The translations under genes were made by a program, and so were the position numbers. From the NCBI GenBank assembly GCA_964658305.1, contig OZ210885.1, positions 6,200,001-6,264,000 of the forward strand: a stretch of 64,000 nucleotides of DNA. Reading direction: 5' to 3'. This document shows positions 39,656-51,112 of the stretch, piece after piece. The notes beneath the pieces are model-generated. The model saw only the letters and a list, made by a program, of their open reading frames with translations. It searched no databases and had not been told where the DNA came from. Within the stretch, counting starts at the first letter, position 1. Each line of letters opens with the position of its first letter. Source of the stretch: Leptogorgia sarmentosa (taxonomy: Eukaryota).

Positions 39656-42600
39656 GCTTGATTTTCTTAATATATGTATTTATTATTTATATTATGCTAT
39701 GGCCCTTTTGGGCCACCGTAAGAAAATAATCAATAGATATTCAATCTTAGGATAGTATGCATTTATATTTTGTCATTTTTGTGAAGATAACTGTAATGCA
39801 AGGCTTATTATTAAAAATAGGCGGTTTTTTCTTTGTGGCTTTAGTAAATATAATGATGAAGTGAATTGTGCCTTGCCGTAAATTCCTGCATTTAGGCGCT
39901 TGTTTTCAGGCTTCAGCTGTGCATGCGAGAAGAATGTAAACATTGGAATAAAGGATTAAAGGTGACTCAAGCAATAATAGCATATTTCTTTTTTCCCATG
40001 AATGTTTGGAATCACTTTAACAGAGATTTTGCCAAAAATCGTGAGATTTAAGGACTTAATCGTGAGATCGTGAGAAAGCATCAAAAATCGTGAGTCTCAC
40101 GATTAAATCGTGAGACTTGGCGGGTCTGCTACTACTATGTAGTTTGTATTACTGCAACCGTGTAAATCACACTATAAACTGATGTATAAAATTTGTGATA
40201 AATTTATTAAATATATTCAGCCCGATGTTGAGCGTAAAAATATATAAAGTGGATATGCAATAAGGGTGCTAAAACTTGGGGAGGTTCATACAGGTTTGGC
40301 TGGTTCGTAATTATCAGATCCAAAATGGCTGTTCCTCTTGTAGGGACTTTGACAATTTGCTTCAGGTTATGGCTTGATACTATATTCGATATATCGAAAT
40401 CATTAAAATCACCAAGGACTAGGCCACAGTTGAGATGTTGGTTGCATAATGAATCTATTGTTAAAACTAAAAATTACCATAAACTGAAATCAAGATGGCA
40501 GACAAAATATGAGCTCCAGGTTTAAATCGAAAAAAAAGTTTTTTTTTAAGGTCATTTTTATCTTTGTAGGCAATTTTCTTTGCCTTGAGTGATACGCGAT
40601 AATGAGTAAAACCAAACTTATCACCACAGAAGCCATTTCAGCCATTTTGGACGAGAAATTAAGTCCAATTCTCCTGACTGTTAATGGCCTCAAAGATTCT
40701 GTTCAGTTCCTAAGTAAAAAATTTGATGATGTCTTCAAGAAGGTAGAAGAACTAGACAATAAGGTCTCGCACGTCATTTTAGAAAACAAGCACCTCAAAG
40801 CCGAACTTCTGTGACTTTCAACTATCGTCGATCAACAGAGTAATGAATTAGATGAAATCGAGCAATATTCTCGACGCGACTGCCTTGAGATTTCGGGGCT
40901 ACCTCAAGAGAATGATGAAGATCTGAACAAGTTAGTAGTTAAAATTGGCTCTCTAATGGATGTCGAATTAGACGAGAGGGATATATCTATAAGTCATCGG
41001 CTTCCAAAATCAAGAAGTGAAAACCAGCAAGTAAATCGAAGTGCAGCTAATGCCTCCGCTAAAATCATTGTCAAATTTACACGTCGAGACACCAAAGCTA
41101 AGTTTTATCAAGGTCGTTTACGATTAAAAGATAAAACAACTCGAGATCTTGGTTTTTTGAGGTCACCTGAACACAAATTATATATTTCCGAAAGTCTCAG
41201 CCCGAGGAAGAATCAACTATTCAAGAAATGTCTCAAGTTTAAACGAGACAAATTCTTTCGCTATATATGGACATACAATGGCAGAATTTATTTGAGGAAA
41301 AATTCAACTAGCCCTACACATGCTATTAATGTTGTTGCTGATTTGGAGAAATTATCATCTTAACGATAAGTACTATGTAATTATTATAAGTGCATGATTA
41401 ATTACTATAATAAACATGATTAACTACTATAATTTACCGAAATTTGAACTGACTTCTAGGCTTTCAAATTTACCAAACTTAGATGGTCATGATGTGGAAA
41501 ATCATCTATTGCCTGAGGTTAATTTTAAATATTACTCAACAACAGAGTTCCATAATGCGCAGAGTATCAGCAGGGTAACAATTGGATCTTCGTTCTCTGT
41601 GTTACACTGCAATGTAAGAAGCCTGTCTGCTAATCATGATAGCTTAATGTCATTATTATCTGATTTGGATTTCAAATTTGATGTCATAGGTATTTCTGAA
41701 ACTAAAATAATGCAAGGAAAGGACCCGATCACTAATATTTCAATGCCAGACTATTCATTTAGTTCACAACCCACCTTGTGTATTGCTGGAGGAGTTGGTT
41801 TCTTTATTAAAGATAAAATTAAATTTCATGCTAGAAATGATTTCACTACTACCACTAATGACTTTGAATGTTTGTCAATTGAAATTCACTTAAATAATCA
41901 ATGCAATATTGTGTGCTTGGTGATATATCGACATCCCCATAGTTGTCTTGAAAATTTTTCCAACTATCTTACTCCCATTATTGAAAAGATTTCAAATGAA
42001 AGGAAATACTGTGTATTAATGGGAGATTTCAACCTTAATTTATTGAATTGTGAGTCTCATGGTGGTACTGATGAATTTCTTAACACAATGACTTCTTACT
42101 TTTTTCAACCACATATCTTGCAGCCCACTAGGATTACTGATCATTCTGCTACATTGATCGATAACATCTACTTTAATTCCATTGATCATTTTACCACTAG
42201 TGGCAATATAATTTACGACATTTCCGACCATCTTCCTAATTTTCTTATCATAAGTAAATTGAATTTTAAAATATTTAAAAATGGTGTCTTTGTGAGAGAT
42301 TATTCCCATTATAATGAAGAAGATCTTATAACAGAAACTGGTGATGTGAATTGGGAAACTGTTTATAATAGTGATGATGTAAATTTAGCATTTAATACTT
42401 TTTTTAATAAACTAAACATGATTATTGAGAAACATGTGCCTTTGAAAAAATTGTCTAAAAATAAGGTGAAACTGCTAACCAAACCATGGATTACAAAAGG
42501 CCTCATGATTTCAATCAAGAATAAAAACAAGCTTTACAAGCTGTATCTTAAGTCTAAAAATGGTTATTATCTATCTAAATTTAAATTAGTTAGGAATAAA

Positions 42601-43310
42601 TTAAAACATTTATTGCTTATAAGCAAAAAGAATTATTATAATAATTATTTCTTAATGAAAAAGGACAATATCAAGGAAACATGGAAGGGAATTAAGCAAC
42701 TAATAACACTAAAAAAAGTAAATTATAATTCCTTCCCAACATTAATAAAGGTGAGAAATGAAAGAATTACAGGGGCGGATCTAGCCAATTTCTTGACTGA
42801 TGCTCGGAGAAGACCTTCACCAAATTAGGGAGGTCCGGCATTCCCCCCCGGAAAATTTTTGAAATGTGGACCTCGCAAATGCCATTTCCTGCGTTCTGAG
42901 CAAACCTTTAGTGCAGAAATTCGCATTTTCAAACTGAGTAAAATAAAGGCGCATTTAGCGAAAAAAATAATGTGGATACAATTTCAATGACCAACAATAG
43001 GATGACGCTAATATAGGTTAGGTCAAAATCAAACTAGTTTAACTCTACTTACTAAAACCTACAAAAAATCGGCTTTACCGCTTACCTTATTTGAACAAGC
43101 ATGGCGTGTCTTTTCGATTAATACTCACCTTTAACAGTTACCAGTTAACACTCTAGAGAGCGTGGAACAATAGTGAGAGAGTAGATGCAAAACCATTTTC
43201 TTTCTGTGAAAACACAGTGAGGAAATTGTTTAGGCACCGCCTCCCCCCTATGTGTGGTCGCGTGTGAAGGGTGGCAAGATGTCACTGTTTATAAGGAATT
43301 ATTGTTTCTG

Positions 43311-45125
43311 AGTTTATAAGTAAAATGTTCCAAGGTAGATTTCCACCAACAGCGGCAGCAGGATGATAAGGATAAGTTTATAAGTACAATGTTCCAAGAT
43401 AGATTTCCACCAACAGCAGCAGCAGGATGATAAGGATAAGTTTAATAAGTAAAATGTTCCAAGATAGATTTCCACCAACAGCGGCAGCAGGATGATGAGG
43501 ATAAGTTTAATAAGTAAAATGTTCCAAGATAGATTTCCACCAACAGCGGCAGCAGGATGATAAGGATAAGTTTAATAAGTAAAATGTTCCAAGATAGATT
43601 TCCACCAACAGCGGCAGCAGGATGATGAGGATAAGTTTAATAAGTAAAATGTTCCAAGATAGATTTCCACCAACAGCAGCAGCAGGATGATGAGGATAAG
43701 TTTAATAAGTAAAATGTTCAAAGGTAGATTTCCACCAACAGCGGCAGCAGGATGATAAGGATAAGTTTAATAAGTAAAATGTTCAAAGGTAGATTTCCAC
43801 CAACAGCGGCAGCAGGATGATAAGGATAAGTTTAATAAGTAAAATGTTCAAAGGTAGATTTCCACCAACAGCGGCAGCAGGATGATAAGGATAAGTTTAA
43901 TAAGTAAAATGTTCCAAGATAGATTTCCACCAACAGCGGCAGCAGGATGATGAGGATAAGTTTATAAGTAAAATGTTCCAAGATAGATTTCCACCAACAG
44001 CAGCAGCAGGATGATGAGGATAAGTTTAATAAGTAAAATGTTCAAAGGTAGATTTCCACCAACAGCGGCAGCAGGATGATAAGGATAAGTTCAATAAGTA
44101 AAATGTTCAAAGGTAGATTTCCACCAACAGCGGCAGCAGGATGATGAGGATAAGTTTATAAGTAAAATGTTCCAAGATAGATTTCCACCAACAGCAGCAG
44201 CAGGATGATGAGGATAAGTTTATAAGTAAAATGTTCCAAGATAGATTTCCACCAACAGCAGCAGCAGGATGATGAGGATAAGTTTAATAAGTAAAATGTT
44301 CAAAGGTAGATTTCCACCAACAGCGGCAGCAGGATGATAAGGATAAGTTTAATAAGTAAAATGTTCCAAGATAGATTTCCACCAACAGCGGCAGCAGGAT
44401 GATAAGGATAAGTTTAATAAGTAAAATGTTCCAAGATAGATTTCCACCAACAGCAGCAGCAGGATGATGAGGATAAGTTTAATAAGTAAAATGTTCAAAG
44501 GTAGATTTCCACCAACAGCGGCAGCAGGATGATAAGGATAAGTTTAATAAGTAAAATGTTCCAAGATAGATTTCCACCAACAGCAGCAGCAGGATGATGA
44601 GGATAAGTTTAATAAGTAAAATGTTCAAAGGTAGATTTCCACCAACAGCGGCAGCAGGATGATAAGGATAAGTTCAATAAGTAAAATGTTCAAAGGTAGA
44701 TTTCCACCAACAGCGGCAGCAGGATGATGAGGATAAGTTTATAAGTAAAATGTTCCAAGATAGATTTCCACCAACAGCGGCAGCAGGATGATGAGGATAA
44801 GTTTATAAGTAAAATGTTCCAAGATAGATTTCCACCAACAGCAGCAGCAGGATGATGAGGATAAGTTTATAAGTAAAATGTTCCAAGATAGATTTCCACT
44901 AACAGCAGCAGCAGGATGATGAGGATAAGTTTATAAGTAAAATGTTCCAAGATAGATTTCCACTAACAGCAGCAGCAGGATGATAAGGATAAGTTTAATA
45001 AGTAAAATGTTCCAAGATAGATTTCCACCAACAGCAGCAGCAGGATGATGCGGATAAGTTTAATAAGTAAAATGTTCCAAGATAGATTTCCAGCAACAGC
45101 GGCAGCAGGATTAGTTTAATAAGTA
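43311..45125. repeat. 64/65-bp tandem repeat, ~28 units, downstream of the hAT transposase
   Basis: Unit AGTTTAATAAGTAAAATGTTCCAAGATAGATTTCCACCAACAGCGGCAGCAGGATGATAAGGATA. Confidence 0.97.
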
Positions 45126-45141
45126 TAGTAGATGTTTCGAC

Positions 45142-48100
45142 CTATTCGGACGGATCTGTATTTAGAATGTCAATAAGCTTCATTCGTCTTGGATGACGAA
45201 TGGCGTAACGATTGATTACTTCTTCAACATCAAGATGGATTTCACGATGAACATGCAGTAAAGCAAGATCGTTCAGCCTATTTCCTGTCATAGTGTTCCT
45301 CAAGTATGTTTTCAACCGACGAAGAACAGAAATTGATCTTTCACAAGTGCATGTCGTAACCGGTAATGTAGCCAAAATCTGCATTGCAACGTAAATATTG
45401 GGAAACGTCATTCTGTCAATCGTAGGCAATAGAGCAGATAGCGTCTCTGGTGGTGTACCAACGAGCTGGTTGAGACAGCGTTCTTCCCAGTCTCAATTCT
45501 GTTTCAACATAACGTTGCTCAGGAACGGGAAGGTCATCAACATGCTTTTCGAGATAGCTTGAAAACTTCTTCTTCCAGTCTGGTAGGGAAACAACTTTCG
45601 AAGGGAATGCATAGAATCCATCGAGCTCAGCCACGTTGCGATCAGAAAAACGGGTTTGCAGTTGAATCGTCAAATGATCCAGAAACGGAAGTGTGACAGA
45701 TCTCTCGTAATATTGGCTGATACTATCTGCAGGGGTATTTGCTCTGTGAACTTGTCTCAGCGCGGTGCGAGGTTTAGTGGGAACAACATCAACAGAAGAT
45801 GCAAGTTCCTCAGCTTCACTGTACCACTGGGAATGCAACTCAGATATTTCCAGTCTCATCCGCCTCAAAGTCGCATAGAGGAGTGTGATCTTTTCATTTG
45901 CTGCAACTACATCGAACGTCGTAGACTGAAATTGCTTGGTGAGAGGTCGCGTAACTTCTAGACAGCGAGAGACAGTAACTAGACAAAATATAAACTGAAA
46001 GGCGATAGTCGCGTAGAAGAGTCCACTTGCATCACGGACAGAGTCGGAATTCCATTTGCCTCCAACGTTATCTTTTATTGTTTCAAGAGAACCTACGACC
46101 GGAGAAAAAACTTCTGCAAAAACGTCAAGTCCATCAATCCTGGCCACCCACCTCGTTCGACAAACATCAATAAGGTGATTATGACGAGCACTTGGATTAA
46201 ATTCTTGTATTTTTTGGGTCAAAAGGGAGAATCTCTTTGGACTTACATTGAAAAAATCAGACACGGCTTTAACGTGTCCCATCATGTTACGAACAACTTG
46301 AATATTGCAAGCCGAGGCAACTGAAAGGTTTAGCGCGTGAGACCCACAATGGACGTATGGAGCCTTGGGGTACTTATCCGTAATTCGTTTCGCAGCTCCC
46401 TGGCATTTGCCAGCCATGTTACCTGCACCATCATATCCCTGTCCACGACAAAAGGCCATGTTTAAATTAAGATCTTCAACTCCCTGTAAAATTTTCTCAG
46501 AAATGGCTTCTCCAGATACACCTTCGTCACAAGCAATAAACCCACTGAAAACTTCGGAGATCTCGGAGTTAGAGTTGACATAGCGAATAACCAGGGGCAT
46601 CTGTTCTACATTGCTAACGTCGGCTGCTTCATCTGCTAATACGGAAAAATATTTGGCTTTCTTAACTTCTGACGATAACCTTTCTTTTATCATCTCTCCA
46701 CATATGGCTAAAATTTCGTTTTGCGTCGTCTCGGATCTGTAGGTAGATGATTTCGGTGCATTTGACAAGTGTTCGTAAAAAACAGAATTTTTTCCGTAAC
46801 ATTCCAAATACTTCAAGATCTCCTGCAAATTTCCAGGATTGCTTTTACCATCATCGTAGTGCTGAGCATCATCGCGGTGTCCTCTTAGCGCCAAGTTTTG
46901 CCGACCACAGAGGATAACTGCACCAACAATAGGGGCCAATTTTTCTCTATTTCTTTGAACTTGCTTGTCGACGATTTTGTTCAGTTGGACATCGATAGAT
47001 TTCGCCTTGTTTTCCATGCACTGGCGGAACAATGATGCTCTCAAGCTTGCTGCGTGGTGGATTGGCGATTTCTCCATATGATTTCGAAAATCTTTTAGCG
47101 CATTCCCCCAGCACTGGAAAGGTGAAGTGTAGAGTCGATCTAACTTTGTTGAATTATCCTCGGCAGCAAATAAAATGCAGGTAAGGCAGAAAGCTCCGTC
47201 TAAACTTTTGGAGTAGGCAAGCCAGGGAAATGCTTTGTACCATTTATGTTGAAATCTTCTTTTACGCGCGTTAACAGGATAACAAAAATCTGAGGATGGT
47301 CGGAAATTATCGGGGTTTACCAGCGACTGATATCTTTCTTCGTCACTAAGGGTTTTGACACGGGAAAGCAAGTGTCCTACGTCATCTTTGAAAATGCTAG
47401 GTTGGGAAGAAGTGGATGTGCTGCATTCACCCTTGCTGTCACTGTCATCATCTGTTGTGGACTTTGAAGCTGCTGTTGAAGATGGAGGCGCTGTTGAAGA
47501 AGATGGAGGTGGTGCTGAAGATGGAGGTGGTGCTGAAGATGGAGGTGGTGCTGAAGATGGAGGTGCTGTTACTGTCTTTGGTATTTTTGCTGCAAAATTT
47601 CCAATTAAAAGCTGCTTTCTTTTGCTTGGTCGTTTAGTTGCCACAGATGTAGTGGTTGGGAGATTTCTCTCAATGGTGGTTTCTATGGAGGTTTCTATGG
47701 AGGTTTCTGGCTCAAGTCTCTTTACAAAAGCCACTGGAGGGGCAAACACTATACTTTTTGCATCAGCAGGCATGAGGGCAACAAAATGATCCTTAGTAGA
47801 TGGTAATTTAGAGGTTGTAATGTAATCTACAGACACAGAAGCACAGCGGAATATATGGATGTCATTGTTATGCTCTGAAGGTATCTCTTCCAATAATTCT
47901 GAATTACGGGGACTAACAGTGCAATTGAACATTGTCTCATAAATATCACGAGATGTATCACACTCAATTGGATAATAAGATTCGATTCGTTTACCAATGA
48001 CACTTGACAAAGCAAGCACTGACAAAAAGGAAGAATATGCATAGTTCTTTGCAACGTTCACTGATTCCACAATTACAGCAGGTATACGATCATTTTTTTC

Positions 48101-49067
48101 AAATGACTGGTAGGCAACCTGAGAGATGGTATTGGTGAATATTGTGTTCTCGTTGATTGGTTTACCATGCAATGAGTGGCCGTAGATCATAGGGTGGTTG
48201 GCATAGTAAGATGAATGACTAAACATCTCGATGCTGGTTAAACAACGCAGATATGTACATATTGTTTCATCTCCAATAAGAGCAATTGAGCAGGCATTAA
48301 AAAGACAATTTCCATTCCCACTGACTCTGTAAATTATCAAGATTTCAACTATTGAAAGAATATTCTTAATCTAATCAGCTTTAGAACAACTGTAGGCCAC
48401 CAGCATAGCATTTACTTATAAAATTACAAAGAATAAAAATATTCAAAGGCCATCTTTGAATAATTTTATATTACAAATACTATAGCATGTAATACTAAAC
48501 AATGTTATTTCCCACGTGGTGGCTTCGCAGCCTATGTTTCATAGGCAGCTTGCGGGATTACTAAGTAAATCGTGACTAAATAGTCACGATACTAAATGTG
48601 CAGATATTTTTGAATATCGCTGATCGAAGGTTAATATTATATAAATAATTAATTTTATGTGACTGGCGGCTTGACAGACGCGCTAATATTGCAAATCCTC
48701 TACGAATATTATTATCATCGCATGCATAATAATTATATGCTAATATCTACACACGAATATAACAATAAATTATATTCAATGAAATCGAAACCTAAAACCG
48801 ACGATTATATATATTTTAGATTATACACACTAAGTACCTCACAGGCTGGCGAGATCCACTTCTTCGACGCTCAGACGCAGGAAATTGCATTCTGGCCACT
48901 TCGCAATACCGCAAGCGAGCATTTGCGTTGTCTCCGCTTTCATATATTTTGATTATCTCCGTCAGACATTGAATTTTAATTCTTCGTAAAACAGCTAACT
49001 GACCTTCCGTTGTGTAAACTTTAGTCAGCAAGCAGTCCCTGACACTTTGCAACAGGTTATTCGCCAT
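45142..49067 (-). CDS. hAT (THAP12/ZMYM1, Tip100-like) transposase with an N-terminal OTU/vertnin-like domain; one frameshift near 45480
   Basis: Exon 49067-48838 splices (GT-AG, phase 2) to 48326, giving PVR|VSGNGNCLF. It continues with a TTF-type Zn finger (WLAYS..FCLTC), ALRGH, LADEAAD, GQGYDGA, YVHCGSH, TRW and the dimerisation motif LPVTTCTCERSIS..RLNDLALL. Confidence 0.88.
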
Positions 49068-50417
49068 GTTTACAAGCAGAGTAATAAGGGAATAAAGGGA
49101 TAGTGTAAAATAGTGTAGACTATTATATTCCGACACTTCTCATGCAAGACGCAATGCTATTGGTTTGCATCAGTCGATTCCACACTTTTCATGCAAGACG
49201 CAATGCTATTGGTTTGCATCAGTCGACTGATGCAAGCCAATAGCATTGCGTATTTTGAAGAAAAGTCATTGGCTTGCATCAGTCAGAAGTCTCTTCTCAT
49301 TGGCTTGCATCAGTCAGTTTGAATTCACTGTTGCAAGTGAACGGTTCCCGCATCAGCATGCATCATTCGACAAGTATAGCGCGCTCAGTGGGTGCTGAGG
49401 CCTGTGGGCGCGCATAATGGAAGTGTTTTTCTGAGGGTACTTCGAGTAATTCACATAAAGGGCATTGAAGTTTTATTGAGCGAAGATAATGCATAATTTA
49501 TCGCTCCGAAATACGGAATGACCACAAAACAATATTAGATTTTATTTTGTCACGTTCATTAATGTTTGTCGATGTCGTGACGAAGTGAATAAAAATTTAA
49601 TATATTCGAATTAAAGCTTTTCAGTCAGAATTTGACTGTTGCTCAAGCATCTGTTGCATCAGTCTGGATCCGCCCCTGAATTACTGATGTTGCTGCTATT
49701 GCCAGTGAATTTAATGAATATTTTACTAACATAGGCACCAAGCATGCTGAAAGTATACCAGTGGTTAATTCGTCCTACAAAAAATTCCTAAGAAGACCTC
49801 TTTGTAATAGTTTTATGCTAATTTCGGTCGACTGTAGTGAAATTGCGAACAAGATTGAGAAGCTGAAACTAGGTAAATCAACTGGGCCATTTAGTATTCC
49901 AATAAATCTATTAAAGACAATAAAAATGAATGTATCTGAGCCTTTAACCTATATTTATAATTGGTCATTCTCTTCAGGAACTGTTCCTAATAAACTTAAA
50001 ATAGCGCAAGTCATTCCAATTTATAAGAAGGGGTCAACAACAGATTTATCTAACTATCGTCCAATTTCCCTACTTTCTATTTTTAGCAAATTGCTAGAAA
50101 AATTGATGTATACTAGGCTTATAAATTTTTTCGAAAAAAATGATGTTTTATTTCATGGACAGTTTGGATCTCGAGCAAATCATTCCACAACTCAAGCACT
50201 GATACTTATTACTGATAAAATTCAGAAAGCCATTGAAGAAAAGCTCTTCTCTTGTAATGTATTTCTTGATCTTAGCAAAGCTTTTGATACTGTGGATCAT
50301 AGCATTTTGATAAATAAATTGCAGCATTATGGAATTAGAGGTATCACAAATAAATGGTTTAATTCTTATCTTGATGATAGGAAACAGTCTGTTTCTGTTG
50401 GTACTATCAAATCTGAC

Positions 50418-51112
50418 CTTTGGACTGCTTGCGTTGTCATTGTGATCACGGAATATCTATTATATTTTGACGCTTCGCCATACAGAATGGTTGAAACATT
50501 CAATCCCAGGAAAATAGATTTTGTAGCTTGTAATAAAACGGGTTTGCGCGTTTGTTAAGCGCGAGACAAAACAAAGGAAATCATATATAGTTTCAAGTAT
50601 TCTGTTTTGAACCTACGCGCATACCGATCATACACTCGAGCGTCTAGGCAAATACTGCATGAATGGATAGAATATAGTGCATATAAATATATTATTATAA
50701 TATGGTGGTGAAAAGAGTAAATTTGGTTTTTTGAAAGCCACATTTTTCACAAATAATCGCAAAGCGCTGTCTATATTTTAAGGATGCAATAGCATAAAAT
50801 GCGATATCATATTTCGTCAAGTTTAAATTCATTATGCAATTTGATATGATCGCACGAATTCCAGAATGCGAGATAGTCATGAAAGCTTATATCAAGTATT
50901 GAATACGTCTCACGTCTTAACCATACACAACCTAACGTCTTCAAAGAAATAAGTATTTGCGCTATTCGCCTATTCCCTAGCAGTAAGTCATTTCATACAA
51001 GATCGCGTATTAGGGACATGTGAGATGTGTGTACAGAAAAGCTGAAAACAAATAAGACTTGATCATCGTTGGTGACGCTACATAGGCGCAGATACATGTA
51101 CACTTTGTGTAC
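50418..51112. other. Unclassified ~0.7-kb insertion replacing the GVPQGS region of the LINE RT
   Basis: The RT reads ..SVGTIKSD, then unrelated DNA, then resumes at FLVYIND. The intervening conserved motif is absent. Confidence 0.6.

Larger units (their letters stand above)
24268..39720 (+). mobile_element. IS3EU-type DNA transposon, 15,453 bp, apparently autonomous, carrying a HECT E3 ligase gene
   Basis: Termini TACGGTGGCCCAAAAGGGCCATAGCATAA..TTATGCTATGGCCCTTTTGGGCCACCGTA, with a perfect 6-bp TSD AGAAAA (24262-24267, 39721-39726). Long TIRs span 24268-~24836 and ~38995-39720. An integrase-like DDE transposase lies inside. TAY..RTA ends plus a 6-bp TSD match IS3EU. Confidence 0.92.
24128..40128. 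mobile_element. ~540-bp non-autonomous DNA transposon split by the IS3EU insertion (halves 24128-24267 and 39721-40128)
   Basis: TIR CAGACCTGCCAA / TTGGCGGGTCTG. The subterminal AAATCGTGAGA motif occurs in both halves, and CTACTA flanks both sides. Confidence 0.75.
42770..49678 (-). mobile_element. hAT transposon (6.9 kb) with a 5-bp TSD (hAT5-like)
   Basis: TIR CAGGGGCGGATCTAG / CTGGATCCGCCCCTG, with AATTA at 42765-42769 and 49679-49683. Removing the element restores the LINE frame NERI|TDVAAIASEFNEYF. Confidence 0.93.

Noticed and set aside
39537..39755. Cys-rich ORF (CSRCDYY)n, and similarly ORF 24030..24431
   Set aside because: Translation artefact of the 21-bp TIR repeat unit.
40812..40814. 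In-frame TGA in LINE ORF1 as programmed readthrough or selenocysteine
   Set aside because: Most simply a CGA-to-TGA decay in an already interrupted copy. No supporting signal was seen.
43311..45125. 65-bp array as a CRISPR or a coding repeat
   Set aside because: No unique spacers. The 64/65-bp unit lengths and frequent stops exclude a protein repeat.
47355..47789. Plus-strand ORF with (EDGGGA)n repeats
   Set aside because: Antisense shadow of the 18-bp APPPSS linker repeat in the hAT transposase.
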